Shown here piece after piece: positions 35,641-49,878 of a stretch of DNA of 64,000 bases. The stretch is from assembly GCF_006345805.1 (NCBI RefSeq), contig NC_043016.1, forward strand, positions 31,868,001 through 31,932,000, written 5' to 3'. This DNA comes from Octopus sinensis. Lineage: Eukaryota. Under the pieces are notes generated by a model, which was not told where the DNA came from, did no database searches, and was given only the letters and a program-made list of their open reading frames with translations. Numbering within the stretch: the first letter of the stretch is position 1; every line of letters starts with the position of its first letter. Both the position numbers and the translations under genes were made by a program.

Positions 35641-36184
35641 GAGAGAAGAGAGAGAGTGTGAGTGAATTTCAGTTAAATGATAACTGGGTAAAACAGTTTA
35701 TAGACAATATTTGCTACGTGCGTGGCACAAATGAATACAAAAACAGTGTTTGTTGAAATGCCAGCCCTAAGACAATATACTGGATTGATTTATCAACTAG
35801 GACAACTGGATAGTAATGGTGGTGATAACAATAATAGTGATAATGGCTATTGTTGTTGTTATTGATTAATGGTTGTCACCTTTGCACAAACAGACCAAGA
35901 GAGCAAAGCTAGCACATCAAAACTTTGGCAGGTAGCCCACATATATCTTACACCTTGGATGCCCAAATCATCTGTCCACTTATCTGTGTGGCGTCTGAAT
36001 ATTTAGTTGTAGAAAAACAAAAACAGCTTTGTGTAGAGTGGAGAGTGTCTGTGTGTGAATATGTATTAGAGAGAGTAACATTATATGGAACAAGCTGCGT
36101 TTAAGTCTAAACTTGTAGATGAGAACCAGTGATGTGTAGATTTGACATTATGATGTGATTTTTTTTTTGTCTTTATTTTTCATG

Positions 36185-37260
36185 GCTATGTGGAAGAAAT
36201 TTGCTTCCCAACCACATGGTTCTGGGTTCATTGTTACTGTGTGGCACCTTGGGCAAGTGTCTTCAACTGTAGCCACAAGCTGACCAAAGCCTTGTGAGTG
36301 GATAAGGTAGGCAGAAACTGAAAGAAGCTTCATCTAGTATGTATGTATGTTCTTTTTTTTTACTTGTTTCAGTCATTTGAGTGCAACCATGCTGGAGCAC
36401 TGCCTTTAGTCGAGCAAATCGACCTCAGGACTTATTCTTTGTAAGCTAGTACTTATTCTATCGGCCTCTTTTGCCGAACCTCTAAGTTAGGGGGACGTAA
36501 ACATACTAGCATCAGTTGTCAAGCGATGCTGGGGGACAATTATATATATATATATATATACACAATGGGTTTCTTTCAGTTTCCATCTACCTAATCCACT
36601 CACAAGGCTTTGGTTGGCCCGAGGCTACAGAAGACACTTGCCCAAGGTGTGACAGTGGGACTTTGACTAGCCATGCTGGAGCACCACCTGAAGGATTTTA
36701 TTGAACCAATCAAGTACAGGGCTTGGTTTTTAAGCCTAGTACTTATTCTATTGGTCTCTTTTGCCAAACCATTAAGCTACAGAGACATAAAGACACCAAC
36801 ACCAGTTGTCAAACAGTGATGGGTGGGGAGACAAATACAGACAGAAAAACTCACATTATATATATACGACGGGCTTCTTTCAGTTTCTGTCTACCAAATG
36901 CACTCACAAGGCTTTGGTCGGCCTGAGGCTATAGTAAAAGATACTTGCCTAAGGTGCCACGCAGTGGGACTGAACCTGGAACCATGTGGTTGGGAAGCAA
37001 GCTTCTTACTACACAGCCACATATTTATGTACGTGTGTCTTTGTGTCTGTTTTCCCCCTTCCACCCCACCATCACTACCACTTGACAACCTGTGCTGGTG
37101 TGTTTTTGCATCCTTGTAACTTAGCATTTCAGCAAAAAAGACTGACAGAATACCAGGCTTTACAAGAAAAAAACAAAAACAAAACAACAACTGGAGTTGA
37201 TTAATTCAACTAAAATTTCTTCAAAGCATTGCTCCAGTCTAATGACTGAAACAAGTAGAA
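36185..37260. mobile_element. Cluster of 3-4 family C SINE pieces in both orientations
   Basis: + head 36185-36330; - copies about 36355-36660 and 36660-37020; + tail 37030-37260. Confidence 0.75.
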
Positions 37261-37679
37261 GATATATTTTCACATACAGATGCAACATGTGAAATAGCTT
37301 TATTTGAATAGGTTGGTGGATTTTGCATTTATGAACAAAAGATCACAAAGTCAAACACAAAACTGTCATTTGAAGACAATGGGTTTTTATATATCGTCTC
37401 ATTTTGCTATGCAGCTGCGCTCTGTAGGGGTCATTTTTGATAACCGAAATGAGTTTTTAATGAGTAACATCATTGTTTAATGTCCAGGCGACTGTTACTA
37501 CAGCTAGGTACCCTTTCTGTGGCCAGCTCTCATATTTCAAAGCAACATAGTATTCCACCTACCCACCATTACCAGACCTGTTTGTCATGGAAGGAAGGGA
37601 ATGAACATGACATATATGATGCTTGTTTCACAATCATTGGATGATGTCAAAACAAGGGTACACACAAACACACGTACAT

Positions 37680-38357
37680 TATGAAGAGGTGCTGGTCTCT
37701 CTCTAATTGAAAAGGGAACATGTGGAAGGAGTAGACCCAGGAAGATGTGGTACGAAGTGGTGAGGAAAGATCAACAAACATCAGGACTCAGAGAAGGGAT
37801 GACAAGGGACCGAGACTCCTGGCAGTTTGCTGAGCTTGAAAAGACATGTCAAGCTAAGTAAAAACATAGTTGCCTTGCATACAGGTTCATCCTCTGCAAC
37901 CTTCTCCAACTGAGCAGCCGTCCAAGAATTTGGACCTGGAGATCTCCATTTCCAGCAACTTTGAGGGCCACCTCCCAGTGGCGTCAGGTGTCAATGAAGA
38001 GCCCTCGACTACAACAAGACCAAAGTTTTTTTTCCCCAAGGTCTGGGGTGTCCTGCCCCTAAGCCCTAGACCATCACCTAATCACCCTTACCCGTCTTGT
38101 TGCTTAGCAACAACAACCAACTGAGCATCCCTAATCTTGCAGGCTTGTAGGTAATGTTGTCTTGTAAAAAGGACCTGTGCCAGTGCTGTATAAAAGCACA
38201 GACTACACTTTGTAATGTAGTTGGCATTAGGAAGGACATCCAGCTGTATTATAAACCAGGTCAAAACAGACATGGAGCCTGAGCAGCCCTTCAGCTGGTC
38301 AGCTCCTATCAAACTAACACATGCCAGCATGGAAAACATGTTAAATGATGATGATGA
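37680..38357 (+). mobile_element. RTE LINE 3' fragments and tail
   Basis: ggaaggagtagacccaggaagatgtgg (GRPRK); tail ttggcattaggaaggacatccagc...gatgatgat. Confidence 0.65.
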
Positions 38358-40289
38358 TATATATCTTTATATTTATTTCCAAGAAAGTTAGAGGTTGTGA
38401 ATCCAACCCACTAAGGTATAATATCTATCCAATATACTGCTGGTAGAATACCCAATTATTAATACACAAGTGTTTTTTTATGGAATTGCAATTACATTAC
38501 AGAGTGTACTAAATGGGTGAAGGTAAAGAGATATTTTACCATTAATTTATATAGCAATAAGAAAATAGAGGGGATCAATAGTTGGTTCATCAACTTTTAG
38601 ACATTATATTTAGGTGGGATAGGTATGTCCTTCAGTGATAAGTCCATCTTTATCAACTCCATTTTTCCAGCAGTATTCATTTTGAGGGCCTGCTACGCCA
38701 TACTCAAATGCACTCACTCTCATAAGCTATGTCATAAACAATGCAGAGATAGTTTATACACAGACAAGTAGTAGTAATAGATAGTCCTCATTCAATTATT
38801 ATTTTAATTCCAAGAAAGTTAGAGGCTGTGAATCCAACCAACTAATACTCAAATTTTTTTTATTGCTTTGCAATTACATTACCGAGTGTACTCCAGGGTG
38901 TATATGTTCAAAGAAGCTATGTCTGAAAGTGAGTAAACACTTAGCTCCTGAAGAACTGTAGGTGAAACAAAATAGATTTTGTTGGACTAGCAATTATGAA
39001 CTAAATGCTTACACACACACAAAGACAGGCTTCTTTCAGTTTCTATGTACTAAATCCACTCATAAGCCTTTAGTTGGCCTAGAACTATAGCAGAAGACAC
39101 TTACCCAAGGTGCTAGGCAGTGCAACTGAACCAGATACAACATGACTGGGAAGTTTCTGAACCACACAATCACGCCTGCACCAATCATGATAACTTAAAT
39201 GGAGATTACTGCTAATCTGTTTCTATGGATAAAAGATTATTGGTTGCTGTTGTTTAGTTCTAGATCAGCGCTAATCAAGAAGGATTACAATCAGAGGAAT
39301 TCCAGCTATGACAACCCTGTCTTTTATTCAGATACAATGTGTATGCTACATTAAACTATCTTAAAACTTCATTTTAAAGACAGCAGGATGTGATTGGCTA
39401 CTATTTCTAGCAAATTAAGCCAATACATCCATCCTTTGTTAGGCTAATACAATCCATTCTTTGTTACAGTATCTATCGTTATTCCCCAGATGTACTGCAG
39501 TTGAATCCATTTTTAAGAACTGGATCACTGCAAAGATGAAGACGAGGTTATTTTTGCTATAGACTGAACAAAAGTGCAGTGCCATGCATGTTTGATCAGA
39601 ACAAATTCCAGTTTCCAGTCAGCCTTCTGGATGAAGTGAAAGCACAATATCTTATAATTTAATCTAATTCCTCAATAAGCTGGAGAAATTTTTGAGAGAG
39701 AGAGAGAATGTTACATTGAGTAGGTCAAATGACTTCATAAAAATTTCCCTATTTAACTTGTGTAGTTAGTGATGTTAGTAAGGAAAATACAGTACAGTAG
39801 TGCAAAATATTTTTGGTGCTGTTGATACTAATGGTAATGATAATCATCATCAGGTTTAGTAGTAGTAGTAGCCATGATGGTAATGATAACAGTGAAGATA
39901 ATGTTGAAGAATATTATGTTACAAAAAAAAAAGGAAGAAAAAAAAGAAAAGAAACCATCAGAAAACTTATTTATCTATGTCAGGTTTCAGGTTTTATCAT
40001 TTTTTAATCTCCTTCAGGTACACATTAATTCAGTTCTTACACTATGTACTGGATTTGTAAACATATTTATAAAGACATGGTGCCTTGATGGCTCCAAGTC
40101 ATTGGCCTGGATATTTAAAAGAAAAAGAAAAAAGCAACTTAATGCTGAAAAGTGGTGCAAAGTAGAAAAATATTTTATTTTTATAGACAAAATATAACGA
40201 ACCTAGGAAATTCAAAATTAGTTACGTTTCAATTTCTGTGGGTGAGATTTTTTTCTTTCTTTTCTTTTTTAGTATTCTAATTTAAAAAG

Positions 40290-40748
40290 TTTTTTCAGTC
40301 ATTAGACTGGCCATGTTGGAGCACTGCTTCAAAGAATTTTTAGTCAATGAATTGACCCCCTGCAGTTATTTTTAAAGCCTGGTACTTATTCTATTGGTCA
40401 TTTTTGTTGAACTGCTTTCAGTTTCTTATTTCCCACAAAGGGCTAAACATAGAGGGGACAAACAAGGACAGACAAAGGGATTAAGTCAATTACATCAACT
40501 GGTACTTAATTTACTGACCCCGAAAGGATGAAAGGCAAAGTCGACCTCAGCAGAATTTAAACTCAGAACGTAACAGCAGACGAAATACCACAAAGCATTT
40601 CTGTCTACCAAATCCACTCACAAGGCTTTGGTCTGCTCGAAGCTATAATAGAAGACATTTGCCCAGCGCGCCATGCAGTGGGGACTGAATCTGGAACCAT
40701 GTGGTTGGGAAGCAAGCTTCTTACTACAGCTATGCCTGAACATTGTCT

Positions 40749-40792
<44 letters not shown>
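40290..40792 (-). mobile_element. SINE C with nested SINE D (about 40435-40600) and (TA)n
   Basis: Modules recognisable by identity to other copies. Confidence 0.7.
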
Positions 40793-40797
<5 letters not shown>

Positions 40798-42484
40798 TCT
40801 GCAAAGTATTTCATGTTTTGTTTTTTTAAAGTGCTGCCCCAACATGGCCACAGATGAATAACAAAAGTAAAGATTATACATCATTTAATGCAAAGTCGCT
40901 TGCATATAGTGTACAATTAAGACTTGAATTACATTTAAATTTAGTCAATAATACTTAAAAGCTTTTACTATTAGATACCAACTGCAAACAGCAAGAAACA
41001 TTTTAATTTTGTATTTTATTTATTGACAAGTCAGCTGAGCACAAACAATATATATATCCAGAAATATACATATTAGATAAAATAAATACCAGACTGAAAT
41101 AGATTTTACAATTAATTTCTGAAAACAAAAACGAAGCTTCTGTTGGCAAAAGACAAGTGGTATAACAGCAACATCAATTAAGAACAAACATACATAGTCT
41201 TTCAGTTTTCAATCGTGTTTGTTAAAGCATTAGCTACAGCTGAATTATGCTGATATATAGTTAGACATGGTAAGTATAAGAGTGATAATCAGTAAATATA
41301 ACATTGAACCCAGCAATAGGTCTTCTAAAAGTGCACACAAAAATATACAAACATAACTGTGGTTCCATGTTCAGTCCACTCTGTGACACTTTTCTCTTTA
41401 CCGTTTGCTTGTTGATAATGAATTTCATCAGTCCCTTAACCAAACCTTGCTTCCACCCACCATTCCACTGTTGTAAGTGTAATAATTTCTTCTTGGTCTC
41501 TTTTTGACAATGGAATTGTAAACAGATAAACGTACCCAACAACAAAGGAAACTGAACATCTATAACTTCAAAGTTACATAATTTCTATTTAGTTTCCTTT
41601 TGAAACAAATGTAGTGCATATTTACCAACTCCATTCTGTATACTCACTGATTTATAATCACATATCAGAATTTCTATTTAATTTAACATGGTGCCCCATA
41701 CATGGTGTATGGCATATGCTGCTTAATAAACTTTCCTGAAAGAATATAATTTGTTTTATGTTACCAATACAAGCCATATCTATGCTTGAGGTTAACTAAC
41801 TGCTTAAACCATGATCCTTTTGGATCCCATTACTTTATCACATATATAAACATATTATATACACATACATGTATATATAAATGATGGCTGCTTCCTCATT
41901 CTAAAGCATAGCCATCACCTGAAGCACTTAAGAATTGGTCTCATATGAGCAGTATGAGTGTGTGGCTTTTCAGGTCAGCAAGTAACCTACACTCTTTGGC
42001 ACATGTTACATACAAGATTGCTTCCAAGAATATGAACCACTTATTGGTCCTCATGCACTTTTATGTGATGTTTCAAGCGGATAAGCAAACCAAAACATAG
42101 ACACACATACATGCAATCTTTTAGCAAAATTCAAGTTATATAGAATATCATTGTTGATGGAAAACTTATTGTAAAACCACTTTTAAAGGTGAAATAAATT
42201 ATTATTGTTAATGCTACAATTTCTAAATTAAATGAATTAAGAAATATTAGCAATTTAGAAAGTGTTACAGTTAGTTTTAGCACCATATATACTGATGGCA
42301 CCAAAATCTCTAAGGAACTCTTAGAGAAATGACCATAAGAATATAATAACAACAGGTGGTAAATTAACTATTTTTTTCTGAAAGTGCATCTTGTTTTCAA
42401 GTAATGCTCCTAACAGCATAAACTGAATCCCAAATCTTCCTGATTCCATAATAACAGTCAAAGAATAATGTTTACATTGAAGTA

Positions 42485-42865
42485 AGGTGGTAAACTGGTA
42501 GAATTGTTGGCATGCCAGGCAAAATGCTTAGCAGTATTTCGTCCATCTTTATATTCAGAGTTCAAATTCGGCTGAGATTGACTTTACCTTTTGTCCTTTC
42601 AGGGCTGATAAAATAATTACCAGTTGAGCACTGGGAATGATGTAATCGAAATTGCTGGCCTTGTGCCAAAATTTGAAACCATTATTATTGAGTGGTGAGC
42701 TGGCTCAATTGTTAGCACGTCCAAGTTCAAATTCTGCTGAGGTCAACTTTGTCTTTCATCCTATCAGGATCAATAGAATAAGTACCAGTTGAACATTGGG
42801 AATGATGTAATCAATTTATCTCCTTCCCTAAAATTGCTGGCCTTGTGCCAAAATCTGAAACCAAC
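42485..42865 (+). mobile_element. Two tandem SINE family D copies
   Basis: Same arrangement as 8850-9295. Confidence 0.7.
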
Positions 42866-43309
42866 ATTTACACCGAAATAAATCACACTAAGGATCATTT
42901 CTTAAAGCGTTGCAACAAAATCCATTTCTAATCAGTGGATCATAATTTTGCAACATTGCTTTGATTCCTGAGTGGCAAGTGGTATTTCATTTTCATATTC
43001 TTCAGCTGATAATTCAAGAAGGTAATGGAATTTCATTCTACAGAATTATTTCATTTTCACCACAAATTTCTCAAAGAGTGCTGTTGATTGAATTGATCCA
43101 TAAGACATGCAACCTCTGTTAACTATAGAAATGTTGAATATAAATTAGATACTGATGCAGCAGAACATAAGACTGCAGGTAATTAAGCCCAGATATGTTA
43201 TAATATCTGCAGTTCTATTACAGTGTCAGCATGTGAAAGATCACATAGAAATACACTCATAACTATTAATACACATGTATTCTTTTGTACTGAATTCCAA
43301 TATTTGAAA

Positions 43310-43650
43310 TCCAGGTTTGTCCCCGTTAACGGGGGTGGCTGGATCTACCTCACTCAGTAACTGCTCCCACACCATCTCACCAAGTTTTGGGCATCCTCAC
43401 TCCTCAAGCCAACCCTCCTAATCTCCTCCTCTATCTGTCCCCCTTCACATTTTCTGTGGTCGATCTCCCTTTCATGGTTTATTCACTTTAAACTCAAGCA
43501 CTCTCCTCAGAACATGATCCTCATCCCTCCTCAACACATGTCCATACCATCACACTAATCACCCTTGCCAGTTGCTCCACCGACTCTTCCAACTCCAGCA
43601 TTCCCATCAAGTCTTCAGCTCTCCTTTCATCCAATAGTTTCACCAGGGAA
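43310..43650 (-). mobile_element. RTE LINE ORF2 C-terminal fragment
   Basis: Antisense reads toward WYGHV.RRDEDHVLRR.LE.KVN...GR (frameshifted). Confidence 0.7.
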
Positions 43651-44027
43651 CTAATAGTAGTAACAGAACAAGGAGTGATGCTAATTCTCTGGAAGTCATT
43701 TATTCTTAGCTAGCTGGTATGTGACTTCTACCTTCGTATGCTAACTGCCAAAGATTCAAAGGGTCATATTTCTTTCAAGATGCACACAAACTACACTACA
43801 TAAGTGGCATATAAATAAATTTTGAACTACAGTTTAATAATCTACTGAAAAGGCTTCTAGATCAACAGAAAACAAAACAAGACAGAGTTAAGGATTAATA
43901 TCAAACTCTCACATCCAATGATTAACAGAATAAAATCAAGTGGTGCAGTAATTTTGTGGTTAAGCATGTTTATAGTTATAAAACTAAAATTAGTAAAAGA
44001 ATAAAATAATAATAAAAAAAAACACAC

Positions 44028-44098
44028 CTGAATTCCACCTTTTTCTCTGTTTTTGGTCCAATTACTTTCCCATTCGTACTAAATGCAACCTTAGACAT
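44028..44098 (-). CDS. PDZ-domain protein (STXBP4-like), first coding exon MSKVAFSTNGKVIGPKTEKKVEF(R); whole exon 44137-44028
   Basis: tatttcttattttttAG acceptor, in-frame TAA upstream, aagATG context, AG|GTGTGT donor; phase 2 matches exon 29023. Confidence 0.75.
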
Positions 44099-44939
44099 CT
44101 TCGGTTTTGCTTAGGTCAAAAGAAGAGAAAATGTGACCTAAAAAATAAGAAATATATAAGAAATATAAAATTATATACACACACACACATACATACATAT
44201 ATATATTTCACACATACATAATTCAGCATCATAATTAACACCTGTGCAATAATATCATTTGGTTCATTGGAATATTTCATTAAATGACAATAGTGAAGTT
44301 TATATCCCTTTTACTCTTTTAGTTGTTTCAGTCATGTGACCGTGGCCATGCTGGAGCACTGCCTTTAGTCGAGCAAATCGACACCAGGACTTATTCTTTG
44401 TAAGCCTAGTACTTATTCTATCAGTCTCTTTTTGCCGAACCACTAAGTTACGGGGACGTAAACCCACCAGCATCGGTTTGTCAAGCCATGTTGGGGGCAA
44501 ACACAGACACACAAACATATACACGTACATACTGTAGAAACCATGCCAAAAGAGATATAGAGCCTGAACAGCCCTTCAGCTGGTCAGTTTCTGTCAAACC
44601 GTACAACCCATGCCAGCATAGAAAATGGACATTAAATAATAGTGATGAGGATGAAGGCCACAGGCATGGCTGCATGATCCAGAAGCTTTCTTCCTTGTCA
44701 CATAGTTTCCATCCTCTAGGTTGTGAAAGTATTTTCTACAACATTTTAGATTGACTCACATCCGTGAGTGAAATTTTAGTAGATAGAAATTGTATGAAGG
44801 GTCATTATATGTGAGCTTGCAACCTTCACTGACATACACTTAAAGATGTAAACAGTGACAAAAGACAGCTGCTCTGAGAACAAACTCCTTTGCTCCAAGT
44901 TCTAGACATACACTTGCACTCAGAAATGTAGTGAACCAG

Positions 44940-45475
44940 TAAGTAGCCCATAATAAATTGATAACCATTGGCATATATAGCAACCAATTTCTACAGCTGA
45001 CTAAAATGGAGCAACATGAATAAAGAGTCTTGCTCAAGAACACAATACACAGCCCAGTCTGGGAATCGAATTCACCAACTTGTGACTGTAAGCCTGATAT
45101 TCTAACCACTGAGCTATACACATGTATAATTCATAAAAAAGTGTTTATGTATGCGTAAAGGGTAAAGACCTCCTTCAGTCATCTATGACTCTGGGGTTGC
45201 ACCTAGAAAGTTCCCCTCTGAGGTACAAGTCTGGGCAAGGTTGTTTATGGAAGACCAGCAGTTACCCATGCATACCAGTCTCTCCTTTCCACACCACTGA
45301 TGCTATCCAAGGAAAAGGGAAAGGTTAATACAGCTTGGCACCAGTGATGTCACAACTCATTTCTACAGCTGGATGAACTGTAGCAATGTAAAATAAAGTG
45401 TCTTGTTCAAGAACACAAAACACAGCCCGATCCGGAAATTGAACTTACTACCTTATGATTGTGAGCCATCTATTG
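44940..45475 (-). mobile_element. Two SINE family E copies
   Basis: Complementary to 28563-28910. Confidence 0.75.
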
Positions 45476-45817
45476 GCTACTCAGATGATTCATAAGATGT
45501 AGAGGCCCACATTGATAGTCATTGAATTACTATGTTTTTATAGGTAGCAACAACATTAATTATATTTGTTTTGCACAATAGGTTGTAATTTGAAACCCTG
45601 CAACTGTTACTACATTATATAGGCAAATTAATTCCTTGAGTCAGCTTCGTTAAAAACAGATACCTCCTGTACAACTGTCACCGAATAGTTGACATTAATA
45701 GACATAACTAGTTAAACAAAAACAATATAAATAAACATAAAAGATGTAAAACTTTTTAAAATTTCCAGATCAATTCAACTTGTGCTAATTGAGGGAATGA
45801 TATTTTGCGTGAGCTCT

Positions 45818-46360
45818 TTAACCATTTTGTTACTGTATTTATTTTAAGATACTCTGTGTTTCTTTCAATTAACTTTAAATATTACAAAGAATTTAATAAA
45901 ATAACTTAGTTACCATTAAGCTGGTGTTCATCATCATTTAATGTCCGTTTTCCGTGCTAGCACGAGTTGGACGGTTCGACCGGGGTCTGGGAAGCCAGGA
46001 GGCTGCACCAGTCTCCAGTCTGATCTGGTAATGTTTCTACAGCTGGATGCCCTTCCTAACGCCAACCACTCCGGGAGTGTAGTGGGTTTTTTTTACGTGC
46101 CAGGCAAGGCTGGCAGCAGATACGATCGGTTATTGCTTTTTACGTGCCACCGGCACAGAAGCCAGTGAATGTGGCGCTGGCATTGACCATGTTCTGATGG
46201 TGTTTTTTACATGCCACCAGCACAGGTATCACAATATTGTTAGGAATATAAATTGTGACTAAGGTTTGGTGGAAGATTTTAATTCGAAACTTATGAAAAC
46301 AAGACATTTGTACTACAGAGCCAGAGGCGGTTTCAGCCAGGTTGGTATCGAAAGTGTTAA
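45818..46360. mobile_element. piggyBac-type MITE B interrupted by an antisense RTE-tailed SINE (about 45929-46237)
   Basis: TTAA at both ends; the halves rejoin to the reverse complement of 52263-52491. Confidence 0.8.
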
Positions 46361-47310
46361 CAACATAAGTAGAATGAACACCAGTACAACAGTTATATGA
46401 AGTCATATTTTAACAACTATAATTCTGGTACTTTACTTTCTTAAAAACTAGGAAAATAAAATAGCTCAAGAGCAAAAACAATACAAGCATATGCAAGCCA
46501 ATTGCACATAAAATCTGACATTTGTAAAAACAGATAACAGGACCTCTCATATTTTTAAGACAAGTGTAACTAAAACTAACTCAGTATATGATTGTTACCT
46601 ATTGTACAAACTTATGAAAGACAAAAGATAATGCATTCTGTTATAATCTTATATCTAAGATGCCTTATATGAACATCAAATTAATCACAATATAACAGGT
46701 GTCGTATTTTGCAAACCTTTAAGAAGACTGAGGGCAAAGTTGACTACAGTAGGATCTGAACTTAGAATGTAAAGGTTTGCAAGTAAATATTGCAAGCAGT
46801 TTGTAATGATTCTACCAATGCCGGGACCATTTCAGTCTAATTGTAGAGGATTGAACTTGTACATTGTAAAGTTTCTGTGAAATCCATTATCTTTAAATAC
46901 TGGTGAATTAATTGAAACAATCATAATTACAGACACCTCAATTTTAATATTTTTCATCTTTTACTTATTTCAGTCACTGGACTGTGGCTATACAGGGGTA
47001 GCACCTTTAGGTCAAATAAATCTACCCTGTATTTCATCATTTAATGTCTGCTGTCCATGCTGGCATGGGTTGGACAGTTTGACCAGGCTGGTACGTTGGA
47101 AGGCTGCACCAGACTCCAGCCTGATTTGGTATAGTTTTCTATGGCTGGATGCTCTTTCTAATGCCAACAACTCTGAGAGTTTAACCGGTGCTTTTATGTG
47201 CCTCTGGTATTGGTGCCAATTTGCATGACATTGGTATCTGCCATGACTGTGAGTTGGCTCGACTTGATGGGTCTTCTTCTCAAGTACGACAATGCCAAAG
47301 GTCTCGGTCA

Positions 47311-47466
47311 TTACCTCAGTGAGGCCCAATGCTCAAAAGGAACTCAGCCACTTTACCTCTGTGAGGCCCAACACTTGAAAGGAACTCAGCCACTTTACCT
47401 CTGTGAGGCCCAACACTTGAAAGGAACTCAGCCACTTTGCCTCCGTGAAGCCCAATGCTTGAAAGG
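47311..47466. repeat. 42-bp minisatellite, about 3.7 copies, inside an RTE-tailed SINE
   Basis: tt(a/g)cctc.gtga.gcccaa..cttgaaaggaactcagccact at 47311, 47353, 47395 and 47437. Confidence 0.85.
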
Positions 47467-47559
47467 TATTCTTTACATGCCACCAGCATTGGGTTTTCTT
47501 AAATTTGGTGCTTATTCTATCAGTCCCTTTTGCAGAAATGCTAAGTTACAGGGTTGTGA

Positions 47560-48100
47560 ACAAGAGAGTTTTGCTGAAAATCTCATTGGCAGCCTTGCAA
47601 AAACCTGTTTCCACATCTCACATCTGGGACAGTGTTGCTGCTATTCACACAAACATCCAAAGAAAGATCACTTGTCTGGCATGAAGTTTCTTACCAACAC
47701 ATCCCAGCCTCCAACCAAAGGATGCACTGTCTCCTCTCTCCGTATTTTCTGCTCCTACAATAGTGGGTTTTGCTACTTTGAGCTGGTTGGTGCTGTGCCA
47801 GTCCTGACTTCTTTCTTCTCTCCACTTCACAATAACCTACACTTAGTCCTTTCCTCAGTCTTCTGTAATTCCCTATTCACACATTTGTTCCTGCAGGTTT
47901 TGACTTGTAAACTACTTTTCAAGAATATTAACTATATTGATCTTGACAATCCTGGCAGCTGTGTGATGGCTATAGACACAGTCCGTTGTTCCAGAATAAT
48001 TGCTACTTATCCACTCCCAAAAGTGCGTGCGTGGCAGATATTCATACATGTTTATAAATAAAATTCTGCCAAGTTTCTGCACAATAACTAAAAGATTAAA
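47560..48100 (-). mobile_element. Possible decayed L1/Tx1 ORF2 C-terminal fragment
   Basis: Antisense pieces FGWRL..KLH and HCPRC resemble the L1/Tx1 zinc-knuckle region. Confidence 0.3.
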
Positions 48101-48148
48101 ACTGACATAAAAAACCCCAAGCAAAACTTAAAAAAAAAAAATCAACAT

Positions 48149-48181
<33 letters not shown>

Positions 48182-49878
48182 TAAGCAGAGTTATGTAAAA
48201 ATGTTCAATTTCAATATAATTTCAGCCATAATATTTATTCCTCATTGAGTCTGAAAATAAAACCATTATTCAAATTTTCCTATTCAACATTTATTATAAA
48301 ATGATACAATGTACCAACAGTACATTGCTGCATTCACATGCCAAAATCAGACACAATGGAATTACTTTCTAAGTAAATTTTAAAGGAATATATGCTATGA
48401 AATAGAGGTGCTGGAAGGGCGGGGGTGGGGGTAAAGAAAAAAAATCAAAACTTCATAGGGTGACCCCCACCCTTTGATCATGGGATTGCACCTAGAAAGT
48501 TACTCTCTGAGGTACAAGTCTGGGCATGGTTGTTTAAGGAAGATCAGCAGTTGCCCATGCATACCAGCCTCTCTTCTCCATGCCACTGACAAGAACAAAA
48601 CACACAGCCCAGTCCAGGAATTGAACTCACAACCTCACAATTGTAAACCTGACGTTGTAACCACGGAGTCATTCACCTTCGGAACTTCAGAGCACGCAAG
48701 CATATTCAACCATGATTGTACAGAAAAGGCCTAAGAGAACCAGATATATATATATATATATATTTAGGAATATTAATTTTTGAATTGTATTATGTTTATT
48801 ATTATTATTGTTAAAATATTAATTTATATATAATTTCTTGATAATCATTAGTTATGATACATATACCTATTTAATTTATTATGTTTATTATAATGTGATT
48901 TAACGTATTACATATAATTTACTTTGAGAAATAGTTTTGTAAGACAATATATTATTTAATAGTTAGGAGGTCTATTTGTTATGTAGTATTACATTTAAGT
49001 AAATAAGTTTAATATTAATTGACATTTTGGTCAATTCTATAAGTGAGTGAAATATTAAAGTCTTCTGAGTGAATTTGGTAGAAAGAAACCAAGAAGCCTG
49101 CCAGATATATGTGTGTGCGTGTGGATGAGTGTGTGTGTGTGCGTGAGTGAGTGTGAGCATGCTTGTCTGCTACTACCATTTGACAACCAGTGTTGGTGTG
49201 TTTACGTCCCCATAAGTCATTTGACAAAAGATCACCTCCTCCAATGCTCCTTCCCTTCTCAAAGATTCCTTGTCTTGCAAGTTATTTGGTGACCTGCCAG
49301 GGCTGGTGCCTGTAAAAAGCAATCAATCCAATCTTCAGGGTGGTTTGTGTTAGGAAGGGCATCCAGCCATAAAAACCATGTCTAAACAGACACAGGAGTC
49401 TGGTGCAGACTTCTACCTGGTCGGCTCCTGTCAATCTGTCCAAACTGTGCCAGCATGGAGGGCAGACATTTAACAATGACGATGGAGTCAATTCATTTGA
49501 CTAAAAATTCTTCAAGGTGGTGTCCCAGCATGGCTGCAGTCAAATGACTGAAACAAATGAAAGACAGATAGCCTACTCTTCCATGGACATCCATTATATA
49601 CCAAATCCACTCAGTATTTTTGTTTTTGTTACCTGGCTTTTATTGTCTACTTATGTCTATGACATGACTGATTGGTTTAGTCATTTTTGCTACATACAAT
49701 CAGCTGAGGACTTTTATAATCCAGTCACAAACATAACTGACATTTGCATCTGACTTTTGTTTAGTTCAACATATATACCCAGTTGCTCAACTTTGCCTCT
49801 GCCTGTGTCTCCACTTCTTTATAAAAATATCTTCATTGCCATCAAAGCTGTAGCTTTTTAATGAGGGAGCCTTTATAG

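Noticed and set aside
41261-41545. 94-aa minus-strand ORF as a terminal exon
   Set aside because: No phase-compatible strong acceptor and no recognisable domain
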